Source: Octopus vulgaris
Taxonomy: Eukaryota
Assembly: GCA_951406725.2 (NCBI GenBank)
Contig: OX597819.1
Location: 80,848,001-80,912,000 of the forward strand
DNA: 64,000 nt
Reading direction: 5' to 3'
A program made the translations under genes and the position numbers. Position 1 is the first letter of the stretch, and the number at the start of each line of letters is the position of its first letter. The notes beneath the pieces are model-generated. The model was not told the origin of the DNA, ran no database searches, and was given only the letters and a program-made list of their open reading frames with translations. Of this stretch, positions 37,421 to 50,925 are shown one piece after another.

Positions 37421-40400
37421 TCTATATATATAAAACTCTAGTTGTGTGAGTGTCTGTCCCCTTCGATTTACATTCCTAACTCTTCCCACATTTTGCGGTG
37501 CAGTTTAACCAAATTCGGGTATCTTATAGTCGTGATTCATATCGAGCCCGTCTGGCTATTAGCGCGCGTCAACGATGAGTCTACGATTTTAAAAATAATT
37601 TAACATAATTTTTTATTCCATTTTAATGCATAATTTTTCGTGTGTCGATGGCGGTGGAGTTGGCGTCCACGCTCACAGCTGCACCTGTTTGCTTCTCCCC
37701 CTTCCCTCCTTCGTGAAGTTGTGGGGAAGGGAGTGTAAAGAAATCAACGTCGTAATGCGTTGTCAAGGAGACCAGCGTTCTTTTAGAACAACGACTTCAT
37801 GGCTTGAAGACACCAAAACAGAAATGGCTAAGAAAGCCCGAATTGGCATCTATAAGGGAAGTAACTGTAGTGCTGACAGGGAAAGTGATGTGAGGGCAAA
37901 TCGAAGTGAAGTTGATACCCCCGTCAACGATGCTACCTATGATACCCCTTATTCTGCTTGTTCCCCAACTCCCGCCCCTCAGACTTCACAGCTCAGCATA
38001 GTCTACACCAACTCGTGCTCCTTATTCCCAAAGTTCAGTGAACTATTTACACTGGCCATACGTGACTCCCCTGATGTGATAGCTATCACCGAGACTTGGC
38101 TGACTCCAGCAGTAAAGGACTCAGAAATCCACCTGCAGGGCTACGTCCTTTTCAGATGTGACAGAGGAAAAAGGCGAGGTGGAGGTGTTGCTGTGTATGT
38201 TAAGTCTGAGCACAAACCGTCCAGCGGTATTCTACCCACTAATGCTCAACCTACAACAAAATTCGATGCCGTCTATTGCAAGCTGAGCCTATCTGAGTTT
38301 TGCCTGCCCGTGTTGGCTGTCTACAGGCCGCCTCTTGCCGACCCCCAGGACGATTCTCATTTACTCGAAGCGATAAGATTCGTTTCAGCTTCGCATGACT
38401 GTTTGGTACTAGGAGACTTCAATGCTCCCACGATCGATTGGCCCGCATCAATTTGTACAACATCTTCCCGGCTTGGTCAGGCCCTTCTTGACGTGGCTGA
38501 AGATTGTTTTCTATCGCAACATGTTGAATATCCGACAAGGCATCGGTCTGGGCAGCAGCCATCTATGCTGGATCTGGTATTCTCCCGCTATCCAAGATCA
38601 GTGTCAGACGTATCTGTGTGCGCCCCTCTTGCCAAGAGTGATCATGCGGTCCTGAAGTTCGTCATGCACACAACTTTTTCTACGCCCACGACTACTTCGC
38701 TGCCACGTAGAGTCTTCTCTGCAATTAATCTTGAAATTCTAACCGAGGCTTCCGCGCTTCTGGACTGGCTATCCCTGATGACGTTGTCCTCAGTTGACGA
38801 ACTATGGTCATCCCTCAAAGCATATGTAATCTGTTTGACTGACCAGGCAGTTCCCGTTGGGCTTCCCAAGAGGAAGAAACACAAGCCCTGGGTGACGAAG
38901 AAGGTTAAACGAGAACGTCGACTCAGAGATATTGCTTGGGCTGAATTCAAAAATCTGGATTCGACTGCAGCCTTTGAAGTGTACAAAACTCAACGAGACC
39001 GAGCCGTGAAAATTGAAAAGAAAGAACGCTTCAGTTATGAATACAAAATCGCGGCAAATGCCAGTAGCAATCCAAAAACCTTCTTTGCCCATGTCCAGCG
39101 GAATTCCCGCTTGAACAACCAGATTGCAACGTTGGTAGACTCAACAGGCGTATCGATTGAGGACCCTTATCAACAGAGTCAATTATTTGCCGAGGCTTTT
39201 TCAACTATTTTCAAACAAGATGATGGTCGTGAACCCCCTCCATTTGATAGATCGGTACCTCCAATGCTTCGATTGGTCATCACGCGGGACGAAGTCAAAC
39301 GTGTTATTCAAGGCCTCGATGTCAACAAGGGTCACGGCCCTGACGGCATACACCCACGGGTTATCAAAGCGTTGGCTCCGGTCATCTGCGAGCCCTTAAC
39401 ACGACTATTCAATATGTCATTGGCGACGGGTGTTATACCTGCAGACTGGAGAACAGCGATAATCTGCCCAATTTTCAAGAAAGGGAGCCGCGAAGACCCG
39501 CTTAACTACCGACTGGTTTCCCTTACATCAATAATCAGCAAGATGTTCGAAACCATCCTTAAGAAAATATGATGCTCCACCTCCTAAACACAGCCTCTAT
39601 CTCTGATTCCCAACACGGCTTCGTGCCGAAGAGATCATGCTTGACCAACTTACTAGTAATGGAAGAATTGGCGACGCGCATCCTCGATGATAGTGATGCT
39701 GTTGACATCGTTTTATTGGACTTTGCCAAAGCTTTTGACTCGGTAAACCACCGCCTATTACTTGTCAAGCTTCAAGCATATAGTTTCCATCCGGATATTG
39801 TACGATGGGTTGGTGCCTTCCTCTCAGATCGCTCCTTCCAAGTCCAAGTTAATGGTTCGCGGTCCGACGTCTCCAGTGCGAGCAGTGGCGTGCCTCAAGG
39901 TTCAGTGCTTGGGCCCTTGTTGTTCTTAGTCTTCATAAATGACTTGCCCGACGACCTCACGCAACACACCCTTCTATTTGCCGACGATATCAAACTGGTC
40001 GCTCCTCGCGGTAATATAGAGGATCTTCGTCGATGCCTCCACCAAATTTGGAAGTGGTCTAACGATTGGGACCTGTGTCTGAACGTGTCAAAGTGCTGTC
40101 ATCTGCCTGTCGGCTCTACTCCTGCAACTCAACTTGATTTCGAGCCGGGTCGTCTCCTGCTGGAGAGGACCGATCAGGTAAAGGACCTGGGTATCTTGGT
40201 GGATTCCTCCTTTTCGCCTTCGGCCCAGTGCGTCCATGCTGCCAACAAAGCACGCGGAATTCTGTTCTTGATTCGACGGTCATTCGGAATGCTCACGGCA
40301 GCCATATTCCTACCACTCTATGTCACGCTGGTGAGACCCATATTGGAGTATGGGATTCAAGCCTCTTCTCCTTATCTCCTCAAAGACATACAGCATCTCG

Positions 40401-40922
40401 AAAGAGTCCAGAAGCTGGCTACCCGCATGGTTCATGGTCTCAAAAATTTGTCCTACGAAGAAAGGCTGAGGACGCTCGACCTTTATTCTCTCGAAAAACG
40501 CCGCCGCCGTGGTGATCTCATTCTCGCCCACAACATCATAAGCGGAAAGTGTAACCTCTCGAAAGAGCTGTTCTTCACTCCTGCTCCAGAGCGTCGGCTG
40601 CGGGGTCATTCCGAAAAGCTCTACCTGCGACGATTTCATCTTAATCGAAGGAGAGGAGCTTTCTCCGTCCGGGTTGCGGATCCGTGGAACAAGCTGCCAG
40701 ACGAGATGGTGAAGATGCCGACGACCGCTTTGTTCAAAGCCTCCCTGGACCTCAAGTGGCCTGAACTCTTTACATGAACACCACCCTGTACTTAACTCCA
40801 TGTCCCCCTACATGGCCTTGCTAATTGCTTTCGAGCCAAATTAACTAACTAACTAACTCTCTAAAAATGCTTATATAGTTATTTCCCTTACAAACCCGAG
40901 CAACGCCGGGCGATACTGCTAG
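37421..40922 (+). mobile_element. Non-autonomous Helitron (same family as 26937-27332) interrupted by a LINE
   Basis: TC start and the same hairpin + CTAG|T end; split at gtaact|ctctaaaaatg. Confidence 0.88.
37867..40858 (+). mobile_element. Young CR1-group LINE (APE + RT) with (TAAC)n tail; single frameshift at ~39570
   Basis: ITETWL, GGGVAVYV, GDFN, SDH, LDFAKAFDSVNH, GVPQGSVLGP, FADD, LYSLEKRRRRGDL; ORFs 37626-39572 and 39569-40777. Confidence 0.95.
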
Positions 40923-41534
40923 TTGTAAATATTTCTCTATATTATACAGCTTTGGAAAAGTAGAAACCTCTCGGCTTAGAAGGCTTGATTTTGCAGTTGT
41001 AGTTGAGATGCTCGGATGATGACTGTGCAGATGCTTCTTTTTTTTAGTTATCTTTGTACAATATTTCGTCTAACATCAATCACCATAACCAATATTACAT
41101 ACAGTCCCACTTGCAACTAATAATTTTCAATCCATTACACTAAAAGAAACAAAAATGCTGCTCTGTGGTAGTCGTTTTTTTCAGATTCTTTTCTTCCCAT
41201 CTCTCTCTTAATTTGGTGGGGACTTGCTTCAGTGTGTCCCATTCCTTGAAGATAAAATCCTCTGACCCTACAGGCTAGCAATTGATCATACTCACTCCAA
41301 ATATCTCATAAATAATGGAGATTGCCATTAACAATATAGCGACGCAAGTCATAATAAACCTTTATCGGCGGTAATATGACGTAATGGTCATGTTTCCCGA
41401 ATAAGTATAGTTGTTAGTTTTCCATTGGTTAAAATTACTGCCCATATTTGAATTCTAAACTTTTGTCAAAGAGAAATCTTTCACCACGAAATACGGTTCT
41501 AAGAGTTCAGGTACGAGCAGTTATAAAAACCCTG

Positions 41535-41965
41535 GGATCTTTTCGGTTTGACCAGCAGTTTTTTTAAAATAATTACCACGTAATTAAACACTTAAACTTC
41601 GTATACTGGTAGAATGTGTTTATAAAACATCTTTTTCTCTTGGCTTTATTGAGAAAATTCTATAGTTTGTAAGATATTTGTTTTTTTTCTTCAATTTCTG
41701 CAATTTCAACCAATCAATGACGTCTATTGAGGTGAAAACATTCTGTGCCATATGAATATGTCCCTCGTTTAAGAAACAGATTGGGTTTATTTACATTTCT
41801 GAAGAAAAAAAGTACCCTTCCCCCACTCCTAACCCTAACCCTAACTAACCCTAACTAACCCTAACCCTAAAACAGATGCAATAGATCGATACTAGGGTCA
41901 TAATTATGGGAGACAATTTCATATGATACCGCTAGAAAAAACTGCCGTTCAAACCGAAAAGATCC
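41535..41965. mobile_element. MITE with 8-bp TSD (aaaccctg) and internal (TAACCC)n; Merlin-like
   Basis: TIR ggatcttttcggtttga; TSD at 41527-34 and 41966-73. Confidence 0.88.
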
Positions 41966-42289
41966 AAACCCTGATTTTTGGGAGATTAATCAGTGTTCGT
42001 TGGTTGTCACTCGATTTCACGACACTCACTCTCATTCGTTGGTTGTCACTCATTTCCACGTGACTCGATCTCTGAGGATATTGGCTATTGTTATGCCATG
42101 TCTATTACTTAATTCAACAAGGCTATTTTGAACTGCTGTGTAAAACTCTAGTAGCTTAGTATGGAAGAATTAGTTAATATAAATTTAATGTCGTAATTCT
42201 CTTCTACAATTTTCTTTTGACTTATAATAAGGTACTGTAAAATTTTAAATGTACGTACATAAACTAATTTAATAAATAATTTCTCTTTC

Positions 42290-44390
42290 GTCATTTTCTT
42301 CAACCTGTTAATGAAATTTATTTCTGTAACTATGAAACTGTTATTATAGCCGTGTAAAAGAGCGAGCTTATCTATCTTCAAAATACATGCAGGTTCAGCG
42401 TCTTGGTGTGTATAATTCATTACGGCGTTTATGCAGCCTGAGTTAAGATTTATGTATAGTGATAACACTTATAATTATGTTATAAGTGACATGCTTTTCG
42501 CCATAGATTTCTATTCAATAAACATCTATATTTATTATCTTTTCCAAGTTCGAACATGTTTATAGATTGGTGACGAACCGATGTTGATTACGAAGTCTAC
42601 TCGGGAGAATAATCACCATATAAGCTAGATAAATCACCCTTATAAAAAGTGGTGACCCTTGTGAAAAATATATAGAATTTTACATAGAATATAGTCGACA
42701 GTTTCATTAACTAAAATTTTATTAACGAAAATACTTAATATTGGTGAGGGAAGAAAGAACGCTGAAGAAATAAACAATAATAGTCGTAAAATGTTTTAAC
42801 TGCACTTTCTAGTAAGCTAAATTTATACTGCATAGCTGTTGAAAGCATTATTTCACTAAGTGAAAAATTTTCTTCTTGAAAATTTTAATATATTTGAGTG
42901 GAAGAAAATATTAAAGTGTTTGAAATGTCTTATTTCGATAGAGGTTATATGCAAGCTTATATGACAGTTTTGCCTCCTGTTTGGACGGGAGATACCATTA
43001 TCTGGTTTGTTCTATTAGAAGCAAGTTCTGCAGCAAACAGAATAACAACAGACACGAAAACATAATATTATGTTAAGCAACTTACAAACACCTCGGAGCA
43101 ATGAAATTAGAGACTTATTAAGAGATCTTACGGAACCATTTTCGTATTCTTCCGTAAAGGAAGAGATACTAAAGACGACTTCCAACTCCAAGCAAAAAGA
43201 ATTTGCTAAGCTGTTCAATAACGAACAACTAGGCGACAGAATACCTACTCAACTTCTTCGAAGAATGAAAGAGCATCTCGGAAATCATCAGGTAGAAGAG
43301 TCTTATCTTAAAGAAATTTTCTTTGGCAAATTGCCTCATAGTGCTTAGACTCTACTTTCAGCGATGAAAGAGCAAATCTCTCAAACAATTAGCAGATTTG
43401 GTAGATGGTATATTGGAACTATCATCTAGACCGTCTGTAAAAGCCTTACCATCCATTTCTTCAGAATTGCAGAAGATGAAAGAAACTTATGAAAAACAAT
43501 TAAAATTATAAAGACAAAATTGAAAGTCTTCAACTAGAAAAGGAAAAGCGTTCTCATATTGCAGAAATAACGCAAGATGGCGTAGACGATCGAAAAGTCC
43601 CAGAAGAAACGCTATATGCTGATACCATTCAAAATTCAGTGACAAATCTTATCGTTGTATTAAACCATGCTCATTTGATTTTCTAAACAAAAAAAGGTCG
43701 GGAAACTTCTCAACCACAGATTAGACGCGATGAAATCTGTAGACAAGTTCATAAAAAGTCGCGTATTCTTCGTATTTGACTCTAGCTCCAAACAAAGATT
43801 CTTAGTTGATACATGAGCAGCTTGTTCCATTTGGTCTGCTAAACTTTTAAAAGTGAAATCTAAGCCTGCTTATTTGACCCCATAAGCAGTTAATCAGTCT
43901 GATATCCAGACATTTGGAGAAATTAGTTTAACTCTAGGTTTACATTTAAGAAGAGAATATAAGTGGGTTTTCATTGTAGCAGATTTGCCTTATCCTATAT
44001 TGGGGGGCTGATAAATCCATCAAAGTGTGTTTTCTTCATTTTCTTCAACCTGTTAATGAAATTTATTTCTGTGTTACTATGAAACTGTTATTATAGCAGT
44101 GAAAAAGAGCGAGCACATTTATCAACATACTTGCACGTTCAGCGTCTTGGTGTGTATAATTCATTACGGCATTTATGCAGCCTGAGTTAAGATTTATGTA
44201 TAGTGATAATACTTATAATTAAGTTATAAGTGACGGGTTTATCACTATAGATTTCTACTCAATAAACATCTATATTTATTATCTTTTCCAGGTTCGAACA
44301 CGTTATAGATTGGTGACCAATGGACGTTGATTACGAAGTCTACTCGGGAGAATAATCACCATATAAGCTAGATAACTCACCGTTATAACA
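42290..44390 (+). mobile_element. Ty3/Gypsy (CsRn1-like) LTR retrotransposon, deletion derivative lacking RT/IN
   Basis: Direct repeats ~42290-42647 and ~44037-44390; PBS tggtgaccc (tRNA-Trp type); gag LPPVW..LGDRIPTQLLRRM; CHCC motif C*YH..F..C..PC; GGGAAAC; protease FLVDT..PILGAD. Confidence 0.88.
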
Positions 44391-44711
44391 AACTTCTCTA
44401 ACACGTGAATCTCTCTCTCCCCCTTCTTAAATACCAATGACTTTCGTAAAGTTGGATCAACTGGAGATCGATTCATCTATATCTCTTACCAGCGAGCTGG
44501 CGCCATAAAGAAATTTGGTGTTGTTGCACTTGACCTCATCAAAGTATCTAACTGTATCTGATATACGTATATTCCAGCTTAGCTACCAGCTTAAGTGATT
44601 CATGTATTATTCATTTATGGACTGATAGTTTGCAGTCAAGTCACCTATACTCATAGAGCTCTCTCTAATTCACATTCTATCGATTCTTGTGTGTCTGAAG
44701 GTTCCATTCGC

Positions 44712-45076
44712 GGATCTTTTCAGTTTGAAGGCCAGATTTTCCTTGTTAACTAAACAATTTGAAACTTCATATACTGGTAGAATGTGTCAAAAGAAAACAT
44801 AATTGTAAACCAAAATGAAAACGGAATTGTAATTTCTAAGTTTAACGTTGTTTAATAATTCGAATTTTAATCAATGGCATTCTTTCTTTCGGCCTCATAT
44901 TATTTACTGCCCCTCAAAATATTGTTACTGTGACGTAAATAGCTATTTTGTGACGTAGTTAACGTAAACATGTAAATAGCTAAAATGTAAACATCTCCGC
45001 TTATCGTTAACTTCGTGGAGTATATATAAAATTTGTGTAGATCCTAAATAGCTACACACACATGTATACAAACATA

Positions 45077-45151
<75 letters not shown>

Positions 45152-45828
45152 CTATACACACATATTCTATTGCATATGCATATATGTGTATATATTTATA
45201 ATGTGTGTGTATTATAGATGCATACATTATATATATATAAAAGATGTTTACATACAATATATATATATATATGTTATATACATCTACATGTATATGTATG
45301 TATGAATATATAAGTACCACAGAATTTGAATCAAACTGTTTTGATCCATACATATACACACACACACCAACACTACCATCCATGAGACATCCTAACATAA
45401 TCAATGCTACTACTACTATCATCATCGTTATCATCACCATCCACTGCCGCCACCACCACCACCTCTACAAAAACACCAACACTATAATTGCTGCCATCAT
45501 ACACATCCACTGTCACCACCACCACCACCACCACTGCCATGATAACCACATCTACCACAGCTGTTTGCTTACTGCTTACCCACTCACAAAATAGCTGTCT
45601 ACGTCACAGTAACACTATGCAGCTAATAATTTCAAATGAAAACAAACAATACGATTGGTTAAAATTCGCAGATTTAAACTACGTTTAAACTTATAAAATA
45701 CATTTTTGTCAAAAAAGCTAGTTGAAATTATTGTTTTCTTTTGACACATTCTACTAGTATACGAAGTTTCAAATTATTTAGCAAACTAGAAAAATCTGAA
45801 AAATCTGGCTTTCAAAATGAAAAGATCC
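44712..45828. mobile_element. Non-autonomous TIR element with 8-bp TSD (ccattcgc)
   Basis: ggatcttttca/tgaaaagatcc termini, long imperfect TIRs, TSD at 44704-11 and 45829-36. Confidence 0.85.
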
Positions 45829-47559
45829 CCATTCGCTTCTCAACTCTCCCTCTCGCTTCTCCACTCTCCCTCCTATACAGTAATGGCCTACCTTACCATC
45901 TCCCGCATATGCACAATTATACGACACAATCCTTCATTTAATCCTAATCGTTAGCATACAAGAGTCATCTACATGCAACCAAGACAGCCCACTGCACACA
46001 TGAATCCTCAGTGTAGCTCCAAATGCTTAGCCTGAAAATTATGAGGGTCTCTCTTGCGAATGTACATCCTTAATAAAGCAAACTCTACACTCTAAAGACT
46101 GGTGCCTATCTTTAGAGACAGTAAATTCTTCATCTCTGGAAAATAATTAACTCACTTTATTACGAATTCGTTTGTTAGCTTTTTTATGACGTCATTACTC
46201 AATTTGGAATATCCTGTTTTACTGCTAACTACAATCTTCTAATGGAAAAATAAAGGATCCAGGTTCAAAGCGAGGTACCTACCTGCTACATATGTATGTG
46301 ATGGATGAATGGATGGATGGATGAATGAATAGAAGGATGGATGGACGGATGGATGGACGGATGGATGGACGGATGGATGGACGGAAATTATGAAATTTTA
46401 AAAATATTTCTAGATGTTCGATAATGGTGTAGTTGTAGGCAATTTTTGGCACCTGCTCTCAATGTAGAGAAACACATTTTTAATGAAAATATGTTTTCAT
46501 ATTTTCATAAACAATCTTATTTATCGTTATGGTGGCTTAGGTTAGTTAAGATTAAATTAGTTTATTTATGAAACTATTACAAAGTTTATACTGTGCAATA
46601 CATGTCTGTCGGTAGACTGTTTAGGAAGGCCTTTTAGTAATTTAAAGAATCTTTTGCAACTAATTTAAAAAATTATGTTTTGATAAACTGGAGCTATTAT
46701 ATTATATGTAAATATGAAGGATTTCAAAAATTTTTTTAAATACCCTGTCTTATGCTGTTTTTAAAAAAATATTTGAAATTGATAGCGTCATCTTTATAAT
46801 TTGTGGTTTATGTAAGTTGACGAATAGGTGAAACGGGCTTCTTGTAGCGGCGTTTTATGTATCTTTAAATCTTTGACTTTTTGTGGCCCTACCGATTGGT
46901 TTCAGTCAAATTTATGTTGTATTTGTGCAAAGCGTAAGTCTAGCAATAGTAATAGCATTGCGCTGGTGTAATCTTTTACTTGGCTTTATAAATAGCCTGT
47001 TGTAATAGGAAAGTTAATGATGGTAGGAAGAATAACAAAGATTGGGAAACTTCGTTCAACTGTTAACGACAGAATAGTAATACCGTATAGATATGTTGTA
47101 ACTGCGTCATAACAAAAAAATTGCTGCTAATAGTTGTGCATATTCAACTAAAATTTTTAACATATTTACAGAAACAAATGACTTAAATACAGAAGAGAAA
47201 AAACTGAAATTAATTATAGTGTACAATAACATGTCGCTGTGGTCGTAGAACGCTAGATCAATAGAGTAACCGAATAATAATTTACAGTAAAGGGAGTGTA
47301 TTTGAAAAAAGTTAAGTTGCATTGAATAAAGTGCATAAGTTTAATAAAGAATGTTATTTATAAGCTTTTGAGGGTACCGGATTAACATAAGAAACGTTAG
47401 TGACTAATATAATTTAATCGTTTCCGGATTCAGAAATACAAATCTGAATATTACATTTCTATCACAGTTTCATTTTTTAATGGTAATAGAAGTTTGCTTG
47501 CTTGCAAATTTAATTTTCCTGACTTAGCAAATTACAAATTGTTTTAACGTTGACGCTCT

Positions 47560-47960
47560 TCGTCAAAATTATCACGGAAAAAAATAATCAGTATTGAATT
47601 ACAGAAGTGCATGCTACCAAAATTTATCAGCCCAAGCACAATTCGTTGGTTGGTTAGAGGGAAATGTGCATATATAATCCGGTAGTACTGAAAGGAGCTC
47701 AAGACCTACTCTTTGTTGAAATGTCGGAAAGGTAAAATCGGTCAAAAGAAAATGACGCGGCACGCAAGCTAAATGATATGATTTGCAGTGAAACCAATAA
47801 ACTTTATCTTCATTTTATTTTCCGTATTACTTTGAACGCTGTGTCTGTAAAATTTGCTTTTCAAGCTTCAAATCCCGACCGCAGCAAACTATTTGAAGGA
47901 CATAAGAAACTTTGTACGATAAAAAAAAATTATAGAGACTTTCAGTAAAGAGACAAAAGA
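47560..47960 (+). mobile_element. Possible hAT transposase relic
   Basis: PSTIRWLVRG and NKLYLHFI..FQASNPD-like segments with stops and frameshifts. Confidence 0.4.
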
Positions 47961-48326
47961 TGAGACCTTCTCCATGATGCTAAACTCAGAGAAAAGAATA
48001 TGACCTGAAATGCAGCAACTTGCGTATAGGAAAGGAAAAAAGAAGTCATTAATCAATACTTCTTGAATTTTTGCCTGAAATTCTAATGTTCAATGACCAA
48101 AGAATTGATAATAGAGGCAGATATATGAAAATGAAATAAGTAACATATTTTGATTCAAGTACTACAAAATATTACTATGTCGCAGAAAAAAATCGTTAGA
48201 CAGATTCCCCAAGTCGAGCCAACCGACAGATAACCAAAGGGTAGAGCAAGAACGAGATGATTCTATAACAGCCGTAATCTCAGTTGGTCACGCTTGGGAT
48301 CCTGCCGGAAAGAGTAACGACGGTTG

Positions 48327-48748
48327 GGATCTTTTCGGTTTGAACGGCAGTTTTTTCTAGCGGTGTAATATGAAATTGTCACCCATAATTATGACCCTAG
48401 TATCGATCTATTGCATTTCAATCTGTTTTAGGGTTAGGGTTAATTAGGGTTAGGGGGAAGGGTATCTTTTTTTCTTCAGAAATGTAAATAAACCCAATCT
48501 GTTTCTTAAATGAGGGACATATTCATACGGCACAGAATGTTTTCACCTCAATAGACGTCACTAATTGGTTGAAATTGCAGAAATTGAAGAAAAAACAACA
48601 ACAAATATCTTACAAACTATAGAATTTTCTCAATAAAGCCAAGAGAAAAAGATGTTTTATAAACACATTCTACCAGTATACGAAGTTTAAAAGTGTTTAG
48701 TTGCGTGGAAATTATTTTAAAAAACTGCCGGTCAAACCGAAAAGATCT
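48327..48748. mobile_element. MITE, same family as 41535-41965, opposite orientation; TSD gacggttg
   Basis: TSD at 48319-26 and 48749-56; internal (TTAGGG)n. Confidence 0.88.
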
Positions 48749-49127
48749 GACGGTTGTTATGGGCTCTATCCAGACTGCCCATCAAGGAACAGTGGGTGAA
48801 GATAGAAAGATGAGAGATGGATAGATGTATTTTGACCCAAATGTTATGAAATAATTGGAAACGAATCTAAAATGATGTCATAGATGTGACACCATTTTTA
48901 TGGAGTTAGATCTTGAGATGGAAATCAAAAGACCCTGTGGACATGGAGGCGTGCTTCGAAAGGTAGGAAAGGTCTACGGTGACACAATATCTGATGCCAA
49001 CTTGGTGGGAATGACTGATACAGATGATTCGTAAGAAAATGTCTAATTCCTAAAAACTGATCCTTGTTTTGATTGATAATGTTATTGTAAGATTAACTGT
49101 ACGTTTTAAGGTTGTTAAGCGGTTAGA

Positions 49128-49550
49128 AGGCGGTGAGCCGGCGAAATTGTTACCACGCCGAACCAAATTGCTTAGCGGCAGTTCTTTCGGCTCCTTACGT
49201 ACTGAGTTCAAATTCCACCGAGGTCAGCTTTGCCTTTCAACTTTTCGAATTCGAGAAAATAAATATCAGTTGAGCACTGGGGTCAATGTAATAAAGTAAC
49301 TCCTCATACTCAAATTGCTGGCCTTGTGCCAAACTTTGACTGAATTATATAAGGCAGTGAGTTGGCAGAGTCATTAGCACACAGGACAAAATACCGGGCA
49401 GCATGTTGTCTGTCTCTACGTTGTGAGATCAAATTCTGCCTAGGTCGACTTTACCTTTCCTCCTTTCGAGATTGATAAAGTACGAGAGCACGGGTGTCGA
49501 CTATGCACCTCTCTTACCACCCCAAATTTCGGGTCTCGTACCTATAGTAT
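49128..49550 (+). mobile_element. SINE family B, two diverged copies
   Basis: Similarity to the other family B copies. Confidence 0.75.
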
Positions 49551-49660
49551 AAAAAAAATGTTAAGCAATTAGCTGGAAATTCTGATTACATACGAAAAAT
49601 TTCCTAAGTGTGTGAAATTTCCAAATAGTCTTAATAAATAAATAAATAGATAAATAAATA

Positions 49661-50055
49661 GGCGCAGGAGTAGCTGTGTGGTAAGTAGCTTGCTAACCAA
49701 CCACATGGTTCCGGGTTCAGTCCCACTGCGTGGCACCTTGGGCAAGTGTCTTCTGCTATAGCCCCGGGCCGACCAATGCCTTGTGAGTGGATTTGGTAGA
49801 CGGAAACTGAAAGAAGCCCGTCGTATATATGTATATGTATATGTTTGTGTGTTTGTCCTCCTAGCATTGCTTGACAACCGATGCTGGTGTGTTTACGTCC
49901 CCGTTACTTAGCGGTTCGGCAAAAGAGACCGATAGAATAAGTACTGGGCTTACAAAGAATAAGTCCTGGGGTCAATTTGCTCGACTAAATGGCGGTGCTC
50001 CAGCATGGCCACAGTCAAATGACTGAAACAAGTAAAAGAGAAAGAGTAAAGAGAA
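49661..50055 (+). mobile_element. SINE family A, full-length
   Basis: tRNA-like head (gctgtgtggtaag..ggttcagtcc), CORE-like segment, central microsatellite, and LINE-like tail with aagagtaa repeats. Confidence 0.92.
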
Positions 50056-50584
50056 TATCAATATCCTACTGATTTTATTGTTGGAGAATTTGAAAGAAAA
50101 ATTGCAATATTTACCGTCATTACGTAACACAGATTTTGAAAATTAGTATTTAAAATCTTTAAATTAATAAATTGATTAATCTACGAGAAACTTGGTTTCC
50201 ACTAGTTTAAGAGTGTTGTTGGCATATCCAGCCACCGTAGCATGGACAAAAGTATCGTTTAGCAAAACTGAAATATCAAAAAGGTCTTTCATATCTTAAA
50301 GGTGACTTCTTGATTAAGCGAGATTGACTACCGAATCAATCACGTGTTTCCTTCTATTCTGTTAAGAACGGACTAAACAGAACTGGAGGAGATACGTGGA
50401 ATGGAGAGTCCCCGAAGAGGTCACAAAATCTACTTTCATGATATGATTCGACTTATCGCTGCTTTGTATAATCTATGATTGTTAGGTAGTCATTCTTCTG
50501 TCCAGGGAATAAAGCATTCCCTATAAAAATTTGGCTCTGGTTATATTCAGATTGTCTGAGGTAAGCTTTCATGTTCAATTATGT

Positions 50585-50925
50585 TGCAAGAATGGCTGTA
50601 TGGTTAAGAAGTTCGATTTGCAACCACGTGGTTTTGATTTCAGTCCTTACAACACGACACCGTGAGCAAGTGTCTGTTACTATAGCTCTGGGCTAACTAA
50701 TGCCTTGAGATTAATCTGGTAGCCGGAAACTGTGAAGAAACCTACCATGTGCGCGTATGTGTGTGTGGTGTGTTTGTATGTTATACTTGTCCACTCCACC
50801 GTTTTACAACCAGTGTTGGTTTGTTTACGTCCTCGTAGCTTAGCTGTTCGGTCAAGGAGACCAATAAAATGAGTACCAGACTTAAAAGATATTGGGGTCG
50901 ATTTGTTCGATTAAACCCTTCGGTC
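50585..50925 (+). mobile_element. SINE family A (diverged)
   Basis: Similarity to the other family A copies. Confidence 0.75.

Noticed and set aside
37626-37866. N-terminal ~80 aa of the 648-aa ORF as a novel LINE domain
   Set aside because: It lies in the host Helitron upstream of the LINE insertion point at 37867; a chance in-frame fusion.
41829-41869. (TAACCC)n as a telomere or chromosome fusion scar
   Set aside because: It is an internal part of a TSD-flanked MITE present twice in the window.
45244-45594. His-rich 116-aa ORF
   Set aside because: Derived from (CAC/CAT)n low-complexity sequence inside a non-autonomous transposon.
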